Assembly: GCF_003918875.1 (NCBI RefSeq)
Contig: NW_025767035.1
Span: 2,666,001-2,730,000, forward strand
Direction: 5' to 3'
DNA length: 64,000 nt
Source: Haliotis rubra
Taxonomy: Eukaryota
Shown here: piece by piece, positions 11,376 through 24,045 of the stretch
Position numbering within the stretch: the first letter of the stretch is position 1
How the letters are laid out: each line of letters begins with the position of its first letter
The notes under the pieces: model-generated
What the model saw: only the letters and a program-made list of their open reading frames with translations
Told to the model about the DNA's origin: nothing
The model's database searches: none
Made by a program: the position numbers and the translations under genes

Positions 11376-13935
11376 GGATCTGGTGAATGTTAATGGGCCC
11401 TGTTTACCTGGATCACAGGATCAGGCAGTGAAAATGCGCCCTGTTTACCTGGATCACAATATCAGGTGAATGTTAATTGGCCCTGTTTACGTGGATCACA
11501 ATATCTGGTGAGTGTTAATTGGCCCTGGTTACTGGGATCACAATATCTGGTGAGTGTTACTTGGCCCTGTTTACGTGGATCACAATATCTGGTGAGTGTT
11601 AATTGGCCCTGTTTACGTGGATCACAATATCAGGTGAGTGTTAATTGGCCCTGTTTACGTGGATCACAATATCTGGTGAGTGTTAATTGGCCCTGTTTAC
11701 GTGGATCACAATATCTGGTGAGTGTTAATTGGCCCTGTTTACGTGGATCACAATATCTGGTGAATCCTAATTGGCCCTGGTTACTGGGGTCAAAAATATC
11801 TGGTGAGTGTTAATTGGCCCTGTTTACGTGGATCACAATGGCCCTGTTTACGTGGATCACAATATCTGGTGAGTGTTAATTGGCCCTGTGTACTGGGATC
11901 ACAATATCTGGTGAGTGTTAATTGGCCCTGTTTACGTGGATCACAATATCTGGTGAGTGTTACTTGGCCCTGGTTACTGGGATCACAATATCTGGTGAAT
12001 GTTAATGGGCCCTGTTTACGTGGATCACAATATCTGGTGAGTGTTAATTGGCCCTGTTTACTGGGATCACAATATCTGGTGAGTGTTAATCGGCCCTGTT
12101 TACGTGGATCACAATATCTGGTGAATCCTAATTGGCCCTGGTTACTGGGGTCAAAATATCTGGTGAGTGTTAATTGGCCCTGTTTACGTGGATCACAATG
12201 GCCCTGTCTACGTGGATCACAATATCTGGTGAGTGTTAATTGGCCCTGTTTACTGGGATCATAATATCTGGTGAGTGTTAATTGGCCCTGTTTACTGGGG
12301 TCACAATATCTGGTGAGTGTTAATTGGCCCCGATTACGTGGATCACAATATCAGGTGAATGTTAATTGGCCCTGGTAACTGGGATCACAATATCTGGTGA
12401 GGGTTAATTGGCCCTGTTTACTGGGATCACAATATCTAGTGAGTGTTAATTGTCCCTGTTTACGTGGATCACAATGGCCCTGTTTACGTGGATCACAATA
12501 TCTGGTGAGTGTTAATTGGCCCTGTTTACTGGGGTCACAATATCTGGTGAGTGTTAATTGGCCCCTGATTACGTGGATCACAATATCAGGTGAATGTTAA
12601 TTGGCCCTGGTAACTGGGATCACAATATCTGGTGAGGGTTAATTGGCCCTGTTTACTGGGATCACAATATCTAGTGAGTGTTAATTGTCCCTGTTTACGT
12701 GGATCACAATATCTGGTGAATGTTAATTGGCCCTGGTTACTGGGGTCAAAATATCTGGTGAGTGTTAATTGGCCCTGTTTACGTGGATCACAATGGCCCT
12801 GTTTACGTGGATCACAATATCTGGTGAGTGTTAATTGGCCCTGTCTACTGGGATCATAATATCTGGTGAGTGTTAATTGGCCCTGTTTACTGGGGTCACA
12901 ATATCTGGTGAGTGTTAATTGGCCCTGATTACGTGGATCACAATATCTGGTGAATGTTAATTGGCCCTGGTTACTGGGATCACAATATCTGGTGAGTGTT
13001 AATTGGCCCTGTTTACTGGAATCACAATATCTGGTGAGTGTTAATTGGCCCCGATTACGTGGATCACAATATCTGGTGAGGGTTAATTGGCCCCGATTAC
13101 GTGGATCACAATGGCCCTGTTTACGATGGATCACAATATCTGGTGAGTGTTAATTGGCCCTGTTTACGTGGATCACAATATCTGGTGAGTGTTAATTGGC
13201 CCTGTTTACGTGGATCACAATATCTGGTGAATGTTAATTGGCCCTGTTTACGTGGATCACAATATCTGGTGAATGTTAATTGGCCCTGTTTACGTGGATC
13301 ACAATATCTGGTGAATGTTAATTGGCCCTGTTTACGTGGATCACAATATCAGGTGAGTGTTAATTGGCCCTGTTTACGTGGATCACAATATCAGGTGAAT
13401 GTTAATTGGCCCCGTTTACGTGGATCACAATATCTGGTGAGTGTTACTTGGACCCGTTTACGTGGATCACAATATCAGGTGAATGTTAATGGGCCCCGTT
13501 TACGTGGATCACAATATCTGGTGAGTGTTAATTGGCCCTGTTTACGTGGATCACAATATCAGGTGAGTGTTAATTGGCCCTGTTTACGTGGATCACAATA
13601 TCTGGTGAATGTTAATTGGCCCTGTTTACGTGGATCACAATATCTGGTGAGTGTTAATGGGCCCTGTTTACGTGGATCACAATATCAGGTGAATGTTAAT
13701 TGGCCCTGTTTACGTGGATCACAATATCTGGTGAGTGTTAATGGGCCCTGTTTACGTGGATCACAATATCTGGTGAATGTTAATTGGGCCCTGTTTACGT
13801 GGATCACAATATCAGGTGAATGTTAATGGGCCCCGTTTACGTGGATCACAATATCTGGTGAGTGTTAATGGGCCCTGTTTACGTGGATCACAATAACAGG
13901 TGAATGTTAATGGGCCCTGTTCGTGTTGGTCACAA
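11376..13935. repeat. 42-bp minisatellite, ~60 units
   Basis: Unit GTGAGTGTTAATTGGCCCTGTTTACGTGGATCACAATATCTG. Confidence 0.95.
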
Positions 13936-14716
13936 TATTTGGGAAGCGTTAATGTCCTTATTGCATTTATCACCATATCTGATAGGTATTAATGACTCCT
14001 TTGCGAGGATCATTAATATCCTGTATATAGCTTACCGAACGGGGAAACCAAGGTGCCTAATTTGGCAAGTCCTCATTAGCTGATTGGAGAGATGGTCACA
14101 TTATCGATCACTCGTTCACCTGCTTGTTGCATAGGTCACACCTGCTCATGCTGCTGGGGAACCTTCTGACAATGATGAAACACGTTATCTCATCTCCACA
14201 TTGTTGCCAAACATGTCCACAGCTGTTGTGTGAACCCATGACAACTTCCGATGGAATACACACAAATAATGCATGGCCGTGTTGCACTGCTACGGTTTAA
14301 AAATGATATTTAATCGATTTTCCTTCTTTCAGAGAAAACGGAAAGACCGTCATGATAAACATTTCTTAGTATACAAGTATGAATACACTATGTTTTTAGA
14401 AAGTATTCAAATATGATGTTTGGGATAACACTTCCTTGGTACAAATGACAAAAGTACCAATTGTAGTTTATTTGGGTTGAGTTCCATCCTGGATTCGAAC
14501 CCATACTCTCAGAGTGAGGCTCCTAAACGTCAGCACACTAAGTCAGCGACCTAACTAACTCACCCAAGGACTGTCCGAAAACTGGTCGTGTAGAACATGT
14601 ACTTCTGTACACTGGTATATGTGGGCCATGGCGAAAAGCTATGGATGCATAACACCTCTCAGAAAAGTGGTGAGATGTATCATATTTTACATTTGTGATT
14701 GCATATGCTTCGTACT

Positions 14717-14745
14717 ACACACACATACTCACGCACACGCGCACG

Positions 14746-14779
<34 letters not shown>
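14717..14779. repeat. (CA)n microsatellite (another at 60956-60996)
   Basis: Seen directly. Confidence 0.9.
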
Positions 14780-14782
<3 letters not shown>

Positions 14783-14860
14783 TTACCTATTCGCCAGCAC
14801 ACATGCAAAGTCAGCAACCAAATCCATTGACTCTTCCACAAACATTTGTCCACTTTCTAA

Positions 14861-15183
14861 GGTTACATCGCATTCTGCCTACAATCCCAATCTGCCTACA
14901 TCCCAGTTTGCCTACAAACATTACTGTAGGCAGAATGGGAAATGATTTTTGATCTATTAAGTAATGGAGCAACCCAGATACCATGCCAGGGTATGTTGTT
15001 GGGTTTGGAGAAAGAGTAATTAATGCAGTTTCACTTAAATTAAACAACATAATGATATTGGTGATAACAAACGGCAAGTTACAGTTTCAAAGCTGTGGTT
15101 GGTCACTGCATGGACCGTATCAATCTATCTTGTTGTTTTAACGTGTGGGCAGAATGGGACTGTAGGCAGAATGGGAAGACACC
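14861..15183. mobile_element. Non-autonomous DNA transposon with 8-bp TSD and inverted subterminal repeats
   Basis: GG...CC ends flanked by CTTTCTAA (14853-14860, 15184-15191). Tandem variants of TCCCATTCTGCCTACA on the left, TGTAGGCAGAATGGGA on the right. Superfamily uncertain (MuDR- or Merlin-like). Confidence 0.75.
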
Positions 15184-15464
15184 CTTTCTAAAAGCCCTTG
15201 TGTATTCTCTATAATCTCACAAACAAAACGTCTGCAACTTACTTAAATTTAAATGATCTATATCTGTATATGTATGAGGCCCGTTGAAAATGATCTAAGA
15301 TTTTTTCATACGCTGCTTTGAACTCCCCGTCCCCCCTCATTAGTCTGACAAAGCGTTAGTGGGATACACCTGCTGCTCAAACTGCGACAGTCCAAACTCA
15401 CTCACTCATTGGCTGTTCCTGGTTGATTTCTGTAATAACATAGTCAAAACGAGGCAGTGTTATA

Positions 15465-15890
15465 TTCAATGGGTTAGTGTTAATCGCCAAGAGGCAGTGT
15501 TATATGCAATTGATGCCTCTTTATCAGCAATGTGTCAGTAAGGCAAAGCTTTGTACCAATGTGCTATTCACAATGAGCAGCGTTATACATAATGAGGCAG
15601 TGTCATGCACATTGAGGCAGTGTCATGCATAATGAGGCAGTAGGAGGCAGCGTTACATACAGTGATGCAGTGACGTGTGCAGTGAGGCTGTTAGTGGTGA
15701 ACTCAACGAGACGTTTTCATATAAATGTACAATGAGGCGGTGTTATACAGTATGGCCAGTGTTTTACTTGATCAGGAAGAGCCGCACACAACGAAACAAT
15801 TTGTTGTGCACAGTGCACAATGCTTTGCTCAATGATATTCTTTGAACGCAGTGAGGCAGTGTTATTCAAAATGAGGCAATGCAGTTCAAA
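15465..15890. repeat. Degenerate ~20-bp repeat
   Basis: Recurrent AATGAGGCAGTGTTAT. Confidence 0.65.
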
Positions 15891-16184
15891 ATAAGACGGT
15901 GTCATTACGATTTTAAACTTGGCCTCCATAGCAACTGTATTACTATAAATACAACGTGCGAAGTATACAAAGTTCGCAGGGATTTATTTCTCTTTGAACA
16001 CATATTTAAACCAACAAATAATTTAGCCATACTCTATTTTCAAAATGTCTCTCTTTGTGAAGCTCGTTTTTTAAAATATATATGATCCAAACAATGACGA
16101 TGACGTTTGTTTAAGAAGACCATATTCTTTCTGTTAAATATCCTATAGGATCAAAGCCATACGTGAATGTGCTGCTTTTGTTCT

Positions 16185-16390
16185 CTAAAACCGGGCTCAG
16201 CCATATTCAAGCTTTATGACAGTGGCATGTAAATAGTCAGGCTGGATCAGATAATCCAGTGATCAGAAATATTTACCAAAGTCTCATATTGGGGAACGAT
16301 GACACACTGTACCGATTCCGTTTCAGATGAATATTATGCCAAGAGATTGGTTCCTGGGGAGCAATTCTATTCCGATTCCTCTTGGGGTCT
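16185..16390 (-). mobile_element. SINE family B, old degenerate copy
   Basis: TGTAAATA..CTGGATCAGATAATCCAGTGATCA...CAATTCTA. Confidence 0.55.
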
Positions 16391-16872
16391 ATTGTAAATG
16401 ATAACGACGGTTAGTAATTAGACGTGCGTCTGATACATCATACATGACCTTCAGCTTTCGCCACCGTGGGAGACGAGATTAGAAATCATCTGCGCAGTGT
16501 TTCCAAGGGTTAACAGGGTTTACTTTGAAGAAGATTTCTCAATGGTATTTAAAATAATTGAAAAGCAAAAAGTTCTTGATCTTCCTAGAAAGCATCTTCT
16601 CCTGAAGCCGCTTAACTGTTCAATTTAATTCTAGCTGTAGCTGGGAGTATCATTTCTGTTACTAATGTACAAGTGCTGGGTATCACTGTTATGAAGCATT
16701 GTACCATATATTGTTTCGAATTAGGAAACGAGTGAAAGAAACAAAGAAACGTCCTACCGCAGTTCCATTCTAATGTTGACATGTAATGTATGGACCGTGT
16801 AACTAGCTACAGAGCATTGGTAATGTTTCTTATATCAAACCATTGATTCCTACAGTAACGTTCTGGGTGAAC

Positions 16873-17670
16873 AGGGGAGCTACACAGCACCAGATATATT
16901 CTTTTAAAGAGTGGCATTTCTAAACATTGTCTATATACACAGGTGAGCTACAGAGCACCAGATATATTCTTTTATAGAGTGGCATTTCTAAACATTGTCT
17001 ATATACACAGGTGAGCTACATAGCCTTGGTTCTATTCCTTTATAGAGCGTCATTTCTAAACATTGTCTATATACACAGGTGAGCTACATAGCCTTGGTTC
17101 TATTCCTTTATAGAGTGGCATTTCTAAACATTGTCAATATACGCAGGTGAGCTACAGAGCCTTGGTTCTATTCCTTTATGAGAGCGTCATTTCTAAACAT
17201 TGTCTATATACGCAGGTGAGCTACATAGTGTTGGTTCTATTCCTTTATAGAGCGTCATTTCTAAACATTGTCTATATACACAGGTGAGCTACATAGCCAT
17301 GGTTCTAGTTCCTTTATAGAGCGTCATTTCTAAACATTGTCTATATACGCAGGTGAGCTACAGAAAATTGGTTCTATTCCTTTTATAGAATGGCATTTCT
17401 AAACATTGTCTATATACGCAGGTGAGCTACAGACCCTTGGTTCTATTCCTTTTATAGAGCGTCATTTCTAAACATTGTCTATATACACAGGTGAGCTACA
17501 TAGCCTTGGTTCTATTCCTTTATAGAGCGTCATTTCTAAACATTGTCAATATACGCAGGTGAGCTACAGAATATTGGTTCTATTCCTTTATAGAATGGCA
17601 TTTCTAAACATTGTCTATATACGCAGGTGAGCTACAGACCCTTGGTTCTATTCCTTCTAGCGTCATTTCT
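16873..17670. repeat. 68-bp minisatellite, ~11-12 units
   Basis: Unit CAGGTGAGCTACATAGCCTTGGTTCTATTCCTTTATAGAGCGTCATTTCTAAACATTGTCTATATACA. Confidence 0.95.
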
Positions 17671-19188
17671 CGGTAGCTTGTTTACCGGTATTATTATTGT
17701 TGGCTAACATCTATCCATTACCGGTATTATTATTGTTGGCTAACATCTATCCATTACATGGGTTGATTGTCGTCGGTTGAGATGAGTTTCCGATTAATGG
17801 CATCATACAACTAGGATTGGCTGATGACATCTAGCTGTGTATAGCATCACGGGTACTGTATATAGACGAGCTAGAATGTCATGGGGTCAACGATAGGTCA
17901 CAAGGGGGATCTGCTGCTATTTACAGGTACTCTCACGGGTCTACTACAAATCAGCTGTTTACGGGGAGCCATGCTCCTGGTGACTACACCACAGAAACAC
18001 TTCATGATGATTGCGGTGCTAAACATATCTGTTAGAAATTAAACAAGACCTTTCCTATTTATATTGTTACGACAGGTCGACAAGGTGAAATCGGTTGACT
18101 GACTCCATTTATTCGTTTGTGAACTTTAAACAAATGTTATTTTTCCGACAATCAATAGTTGCTGGTTTAGCCCATAATCGACAGACGTAACTACTCACAG
18201 AATAATTACATTGAATGCACAACATATGGTATTTTTATTGTACCGCCACATTCGACTGTGAACAAGAAGTGATAAATGGAATATCTTAATGCATGAAACC
18301 TATGCTACATTGCGTATGACGAAGTAGACACATTTTATAGATAACAACGTATTCTATAATGGCGCTGTCTCGGTACAGTCCTATACCGTTGTCAATCAGG
18401 ACTCTATTTTGTGGGAGTAATTTGATTACATGACTTTTTAGCGTCGTGTTCAATACGATGCTGTGACAGAGGATGTTGTTCGGGGGATCTATTCCAACAG
18501 ATGACAGACATTATTCTTACAAACTGAGGATGTTTTCTTTATATACTTATGTCTTATTCATGCGAATTCCTCGAAGACATACAGACGAATCGTTCTATAT
18601 AGTGTCTTCTTTCTGAGGCCCACGTCTAAATGTTGCTTCCTTATTAGGAATCACGTGCAGCTTAGATCCCGAGTAACTGGCTTTTCTTGTACCGATTGAT
18701 GAGGCCACTATGTGTAACCTGGCTGGCTGTGTGTCATCGTGACCTGACATATCATTCGTTGCTCACTGTTTCGACCATCAGTTTCTTCTGGCAGAGACTC
18801 GATTACTTAAACGATTGTTACGAGGCTGTAATATTGATTGCGGTACAAACGACAGATGCGGAAAATGAGACCCTGATCGACCACAGGAGAGGCCCACCCG
18901 TTCGCTGCACTCAGTCAGCGGTTGAGTGTTGATATCAGCTTGAAGTAATGGGTCTCGAGTAATCTCCGTAAGTGCCCCTGCACAACCCAGGCCTCGCCAG
19001 CTGCTGCTGTTGCCAACGTGTTACGTGTTCAGCGTGATGTGTTATAGGTAGCGAAGTTGTCATCTCCCATGTAAATCTTGGAATGAGATCGTTTCTCAAA
19101 ACAATGCTATTTCTGAGCCTGTCGTAAGAATGTTGTGGACGTCTAAGGAGTCGGGATATAAACTCCCATACTAGGTACCAAAAGAAAC

Positions 19189-19446
19189 GACTCCGTGGTG
19201 TAGTGGTTAGAGCGTCAGCCCGCTACGGAAGGTCGCGAGTTTGATCCCCGAACGCGTCATACCAAAGACGTTAAAATATGTATCCCGCCTGGCGCTCGGC
19301 ATTAATGGGTACAAACTGGTCGGCTCTGGAGTCAGTATAATGTTCTGGGGAGCCTGTCGTCATAAAAAGTTGTGGGCGGTCTACAGGCACATACACATAC
19401 ACGCATGCGAGTCATATATACTCAAGCACGACGTTATTTCATACTC
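19189..19446 (+). mobile_element. tRNA-derived SINE with a V-domain-like body (third family)
   Basis: A box GGTGTAGTGGTTAGAGC and B box GAGTTTGATCCCC, then GTCATACCAAAGAC...CCCGCCTGGCGCTCGGCATTAA resembling the V-SINE domain. 16-bp TSD AGGTACCAAAAGAAAC. Confidence 0.75.
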
Positions 19447-20100
19447 AGGTACCAAAAGAAACTGGGTATAACATCATATGCACAGTTTCTGCCTTGTGCC
19501 GAATATATATATCTCAAGACATGAAAGGGAAATGTGTATAAAATGATGAAATCACAAGCAGTTTGTGTTTGTGCCTGGAATACTTTGATGCAGGCCATTC
19601 TGATAACAGTATACAACCAGCCGTATTGTATTATTGTTATGCATCTTTATAATACGTTGTGCAACAATGTTGCATTTGTTGTACATTGTACCTGTTGATT
19701 CATTAAGGGATAATGGGGTGCTATATTTAGACGTGTGCTACAATCTTACAGGCAAGTGACCCTGTAAATATTATAGAATGACCTGGAAAGTTTATGTCAG
19801 CATGTAAGGGGCGGTGACTATGGTCTCTCATCTTACATTACATCTCAGGTCAACAGAAGACCAGCATTGTGTGATGATCATATCCTGCCTATCCCAAGTT
19901 GCAGTTTTCATTACTGTTGCTGTGGGGGAATATTGCCATCGTTGTCTTTATTGATGTAGTCTTTATATGAATCTGTACTGTGAAAAAGGTTTAAGTGAAC
20001 CAGCAAAATAAAACACACATTAAGTCCTAAAATATTCAAGAATATATTGAACGCAAAACAATTGAATCACAATATTATATAATTGAGTCACCTAAAGTAT

Positions 20101-21288
20101 TGGGTCACAAATATAAGAATCTTGACATTTACTGAGAGCAGCCACAATCAATATTGAATACTGCCATTTTTGTATTACGATTGTAATTTTTTTATATTTT
20201 TTTCACTCATTACTCACGTATAATGAATATTGCCAGATTGACAAAAGAACAGGTATTTTTCAAGTCAATGGGCAGCCCTTTGCGGCGGGAACCAGCATGC
20301 TGTCCCAATATGGGACCACCTCTTCTTTCATGTCAGCAATATTTGTCAGATTTTCTTATGAAACTTTCCTTTGTCCTCAAACATTTTCTATTGGATTTAG
20401 GTCAGGGCTATAGCTTGGCCAATCTAATAATGTCATATTTTGGGTCGAAACCAGGCCTGTGAATGCTTTGAACGAACGTGGTAGATGGAAGTAAATGTCC
20501 TCGAGAATATCTGTGTACCGCTCACTGTTCATATTCGCTTCAAATACACAGACGGGCGTTGCCCCTAACAAAGATATGCCACCCCACACGTTAAATTTCG
20601 GACTGTACTCTGGGCGCTGATACAAAGGTTTTCAGTTTGTTTGGTCCAGAATTTCAGTGTATTAGGAAACAGCCACACAGAACTTTCATCTGAGAAAATA
20701 TCATTGTCCCAGTTAAAATTTCTATGCTGTAAGCACCAGTTCAACCTTCGCTCCTTTTGTTCAGGTATCATGATCGGTGATGGAATTCCTCGACTTTTCT
20801 GCCAACCCATTGCATGCAGCTCAGTTCTAATTGTTGCCACAGTTCCTCTATCAATATCCAGCCTTAAGTTTTCTAAACTCCTTCGTTTGTTTTAGTTCCT
20901 GTCACCGACAGTCAATTTTCTGGGACTGCTCAATGCCATATCCATTTGCAATATTTTTCAAAACACGATAAACAGTGGACAAAGGATGCCAGTTCTACTT
21001 GAAATCACCTTAGCTGATCTGATGTCCTTGTTATAATACTCTAAAATCAACTTCCTCTTCTCCAAATCATCCATACTGAGGATCACTGAAAATGTCGTCT
21101 GCTAGAATCAAAGGGGTAACTCAATCACAAACATAACAGGTTGTCTCTTGAATGAAACCAACCAGGTTGTTTATACTAGAAATTAAATTAAACATATTCC
21201 TAAAATTCTCGATAATTTCTGGTCATACTATACATGATGCAAGATGTGAGCCGCAACCCACGCTCAAAACTTTAAACATTGTGACCCA
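20101..21288 (-). pseudogene. Decayed Tc1/mariner element (transposase pseudogene ~20230-21074)
   Basis: Frameshifted Tc1 motifs: KERRLNWC..H...WDNDIFSDES, FNVWGGIS..G, MNSERYTDILE, LDWPSYSPDLNPIENV. Residual inverted ends TGGGTCACAA (20101) / TTGTGACCCA (21279). Confidence 0.85.
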
Positions 21289-22689
21289 TAATAACTATCC
21301 CTTAATCAATGTCAAATTACTAAAAACACACTCTAATAACAATATGCGTTGTTTTGTGGACCTAGTCTGCTCCATGTTAATGACTAATTCCCACTAAACG
21401 GTTTAGACTGGGAATCCAACACATATTTTGAACCAGCAGCGGCAGCATCCCTTTCTGTCTCCAGATGATAATGATATGACTGGAAGCGCAGTATGATGAT
21501 AGAAGATCTGTAAGACACTCTGTAAAGATTTTGTACTATTCAGACATGTGATAGGACAGAAGGTTTAAAGCTCTGTGAAATATCCTTTGACTGGAGCTGA
21601 ATTTTTCGTACTTTGCAAACCATTCCCCGTATTCGAGCGAGAATTTAAACGGTAGAGTAACGGTGGTTGACCAGAATGGAAGTTTCTAATAACGGTTTCG
21701 AATACCCTCAAGTCGCGGGCATATGTTTTTTGAAAGAAAATGATATTGGCATGTGATATTGTTAGATATATCTGCCACATGAAACCACTCCATGTCTACA
21801 ATATATGGACGCGATTTATAAAATGTCAAAAGTAATCGCCCAAGAAAGGTCCATTAAATACATTCTGTCAGTTTCTTCAACACTGAAGAAGTGAATGAGC
21901 GAGTGATCATTCCTTAAAGCAACATCAGCAATCTTTTCGCGACAACACAGCAAAAACGTTCCCAATAAGCAGCTCTTAGGAAAACCGTTTTTACTCCCAG
22001 ACCAATTTAACCAGCCAAACCTGTCAAATCCAGTAGTCTGTGGAACAGAAAATCGAGTAAATGTGATTGTTTTAAGAATTGAATGTCTCGCAGAGAATCC
22101 CGTGTAGTCCACACGATACCATATAGCTTCAGAGACAAATTGCAAGCAATGATCGTGTGCCAATGTCTCATTGTAGCTTTAAAGGTCAGCGGCCAATCAG
22201 GGCGATGTTCCTGACTGATGCAGTACAGCAAGCTTCATCCCTCGCAGGCAGGAATCTATGGGGGAAACATGGGAAGTGTTGCGGTAACGCGCCTAGGGTG
22301 ATAGGATAGGTCAGTAGATATGGCCAGCTGGTGTCTTGGAGGACACGTAGGTGCATGTTGTGTATGACCTTGACCCATAGTGGTCATTGTAGCCTGGCTT
22401 CGTCATTGTCAGTGGCACAGTTGTCTCCTCTTGAGTGAGTGACTTTTTAAGCCGCTTTTTGAAGATTCCATACTCGCGGCGGACATACCATTGTCCCATA
22501 CATTGTGTTGGTGTAGGGGATCGAATTTGAATAATGATGTAACCCAACCCAACTCAACCCAACCTTGACAGATAAAACATGCTGTCGTAGTGATTGGTTT
22601 TGCAAACTAATATAAAATCGTGTGAAAAACAGCAACAAAAACTAAAACATCATTGTGGCAATAATTACTTCTCAGTACTGATCCAAAAC

Positions 22690-22878
22690 AGGCCGTCTGT
22701 TAATAATCAAATCTGGACCAGACAATCCAGTGATTGACATTATGAGAATCGATCAACGCAGTTGGGATACGATGACATGCGTCAACCACGTCAGCGAGCC
22801 TGACTATCCTTTGCTTTTAACCGCGCGCCCTTTACGACAAACATGGGTTAATGAAGACCAACATGAATCTTCACAGAT
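22690..22878 (-). mobile_element. SINE family B, degenerate
   Basis: TCTGGACCAGACAATCCAGTG...GTCAGCGAGCCTGAC...TCTTCAC. Confidence 0.8.
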
Positions 22879-23883
22879 GGTATGGCATTTGCATTTCGAT
22901 GAGAATCTGTACTGAAATAGGAACACCCTACCTGGCCAAAAACACATGTCACGTCTACCTGGATGGGTATATTATATTTCTAATACTCTGTTGACTGTGG
23001 CTGGCATCCTGCACTTGTCCAGATCATAATCAGAAGCGTCTGTAACGTCCATCTTTGAAAAAGTTGCTTCTCTAGAGATTAAGAGAGGTACTTTCCAACT
23101 TTTTACTTGAAACAAGCCCTGAAACAAGCCATTAATATCAGACTTTCCAACAATGTCCCGGCAAATACATTAAGCAGACGCAGACGCAGACGCAGACGCA
23201 GGTGACAGCATGTAGTTAATCTGTGCATTGGACCATAACATGTGTTGTTTTAAGCTGTAGTTCTTATGGGAGGACACCGTCCTGGTGTGGGGTGCAGTGT
23301 GAAACACGTGACGAGGACTTGAACATGTGGGAAGACGCGACCAACTTTGGCGCCATCCATAATAGAACGCAATATTCAGACCGCTGTTCGTATTTCGGTT
23401 TTTACAAAGATGACTACTACATCATATAAGAAATCTATTTGAGATTACATCCCTGACAGACATACACCATGACAGATTACCAAGTTAAAGATATCTATTT
23501 CTCGCTCTTCCAGTAATAGAGGCATACAGACTGGTGAGACTATAAGTTACACTATGTTCAATGCGACACGAAACGCTTAGTTAAATAAATATTGGAGTGT
23601 TTGCTGAAACATATAAAAGAAGCAATTATGCGAGGTGATTGAAACGGCGAACCACCTCAATAATATTTGTCTAATTTCAAATCAGCGCAAATTCGGCAGG
23701 CGATGGCTGTGGCCTTTTCAGCGACCAACGTTTCGAAACGCGGGTGTCGATTTGTTAAAACGTTCTCTGATTGGACTTTCGATATGTGCTCTCGTCAGCT
23801 CACATTATTTTTCAGCACAGAAACGTAAGCCTGAGATGGAAGCTAGACTTAAATAGATGCTGGTAGAAACTCATGCCTACACA

Positions 23884-24045
23884 GGCGCGGTGGGGTAGCC
23901 TAGTGGTTAAAGCGTTGGCTCGTCACGCCGAAAACCCGGGTTCGAATCCCCACAGACAACGTGAAGCCTGAGATGGTGTCCCCGCCGTGATGTTGCTGAA
24001 ATATTGCTAAAAGCGGCGTAAAACCAACCTCAGTCAGTCAGTCAG
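23884..24045 (+). mobile_element. SINE family A
   Basis: Full head and tail with TSD TCATGCCTACAC. Confidence 0.9.

Noticed and set aside
11466-13826. Long ORFs of VSVNWPCLRGSQYL repeats
   Set aside because: Artefact of a 42-bp unit. Open on both strands, frameshifted by indels, no gene context.
9107-17670. Arrays as CRISPR or retrozyme repeats
   Set aside because: Head-to-tail units with no unique spacers, no cas genes, and no hammerhead core (CTGANGA...GAAA) in the units.
21816-22638. Cluster of minus-strand ORFs
   Set aside because: No recognisable domain, and part is a decayed SINE A remnant (~22433-22520).
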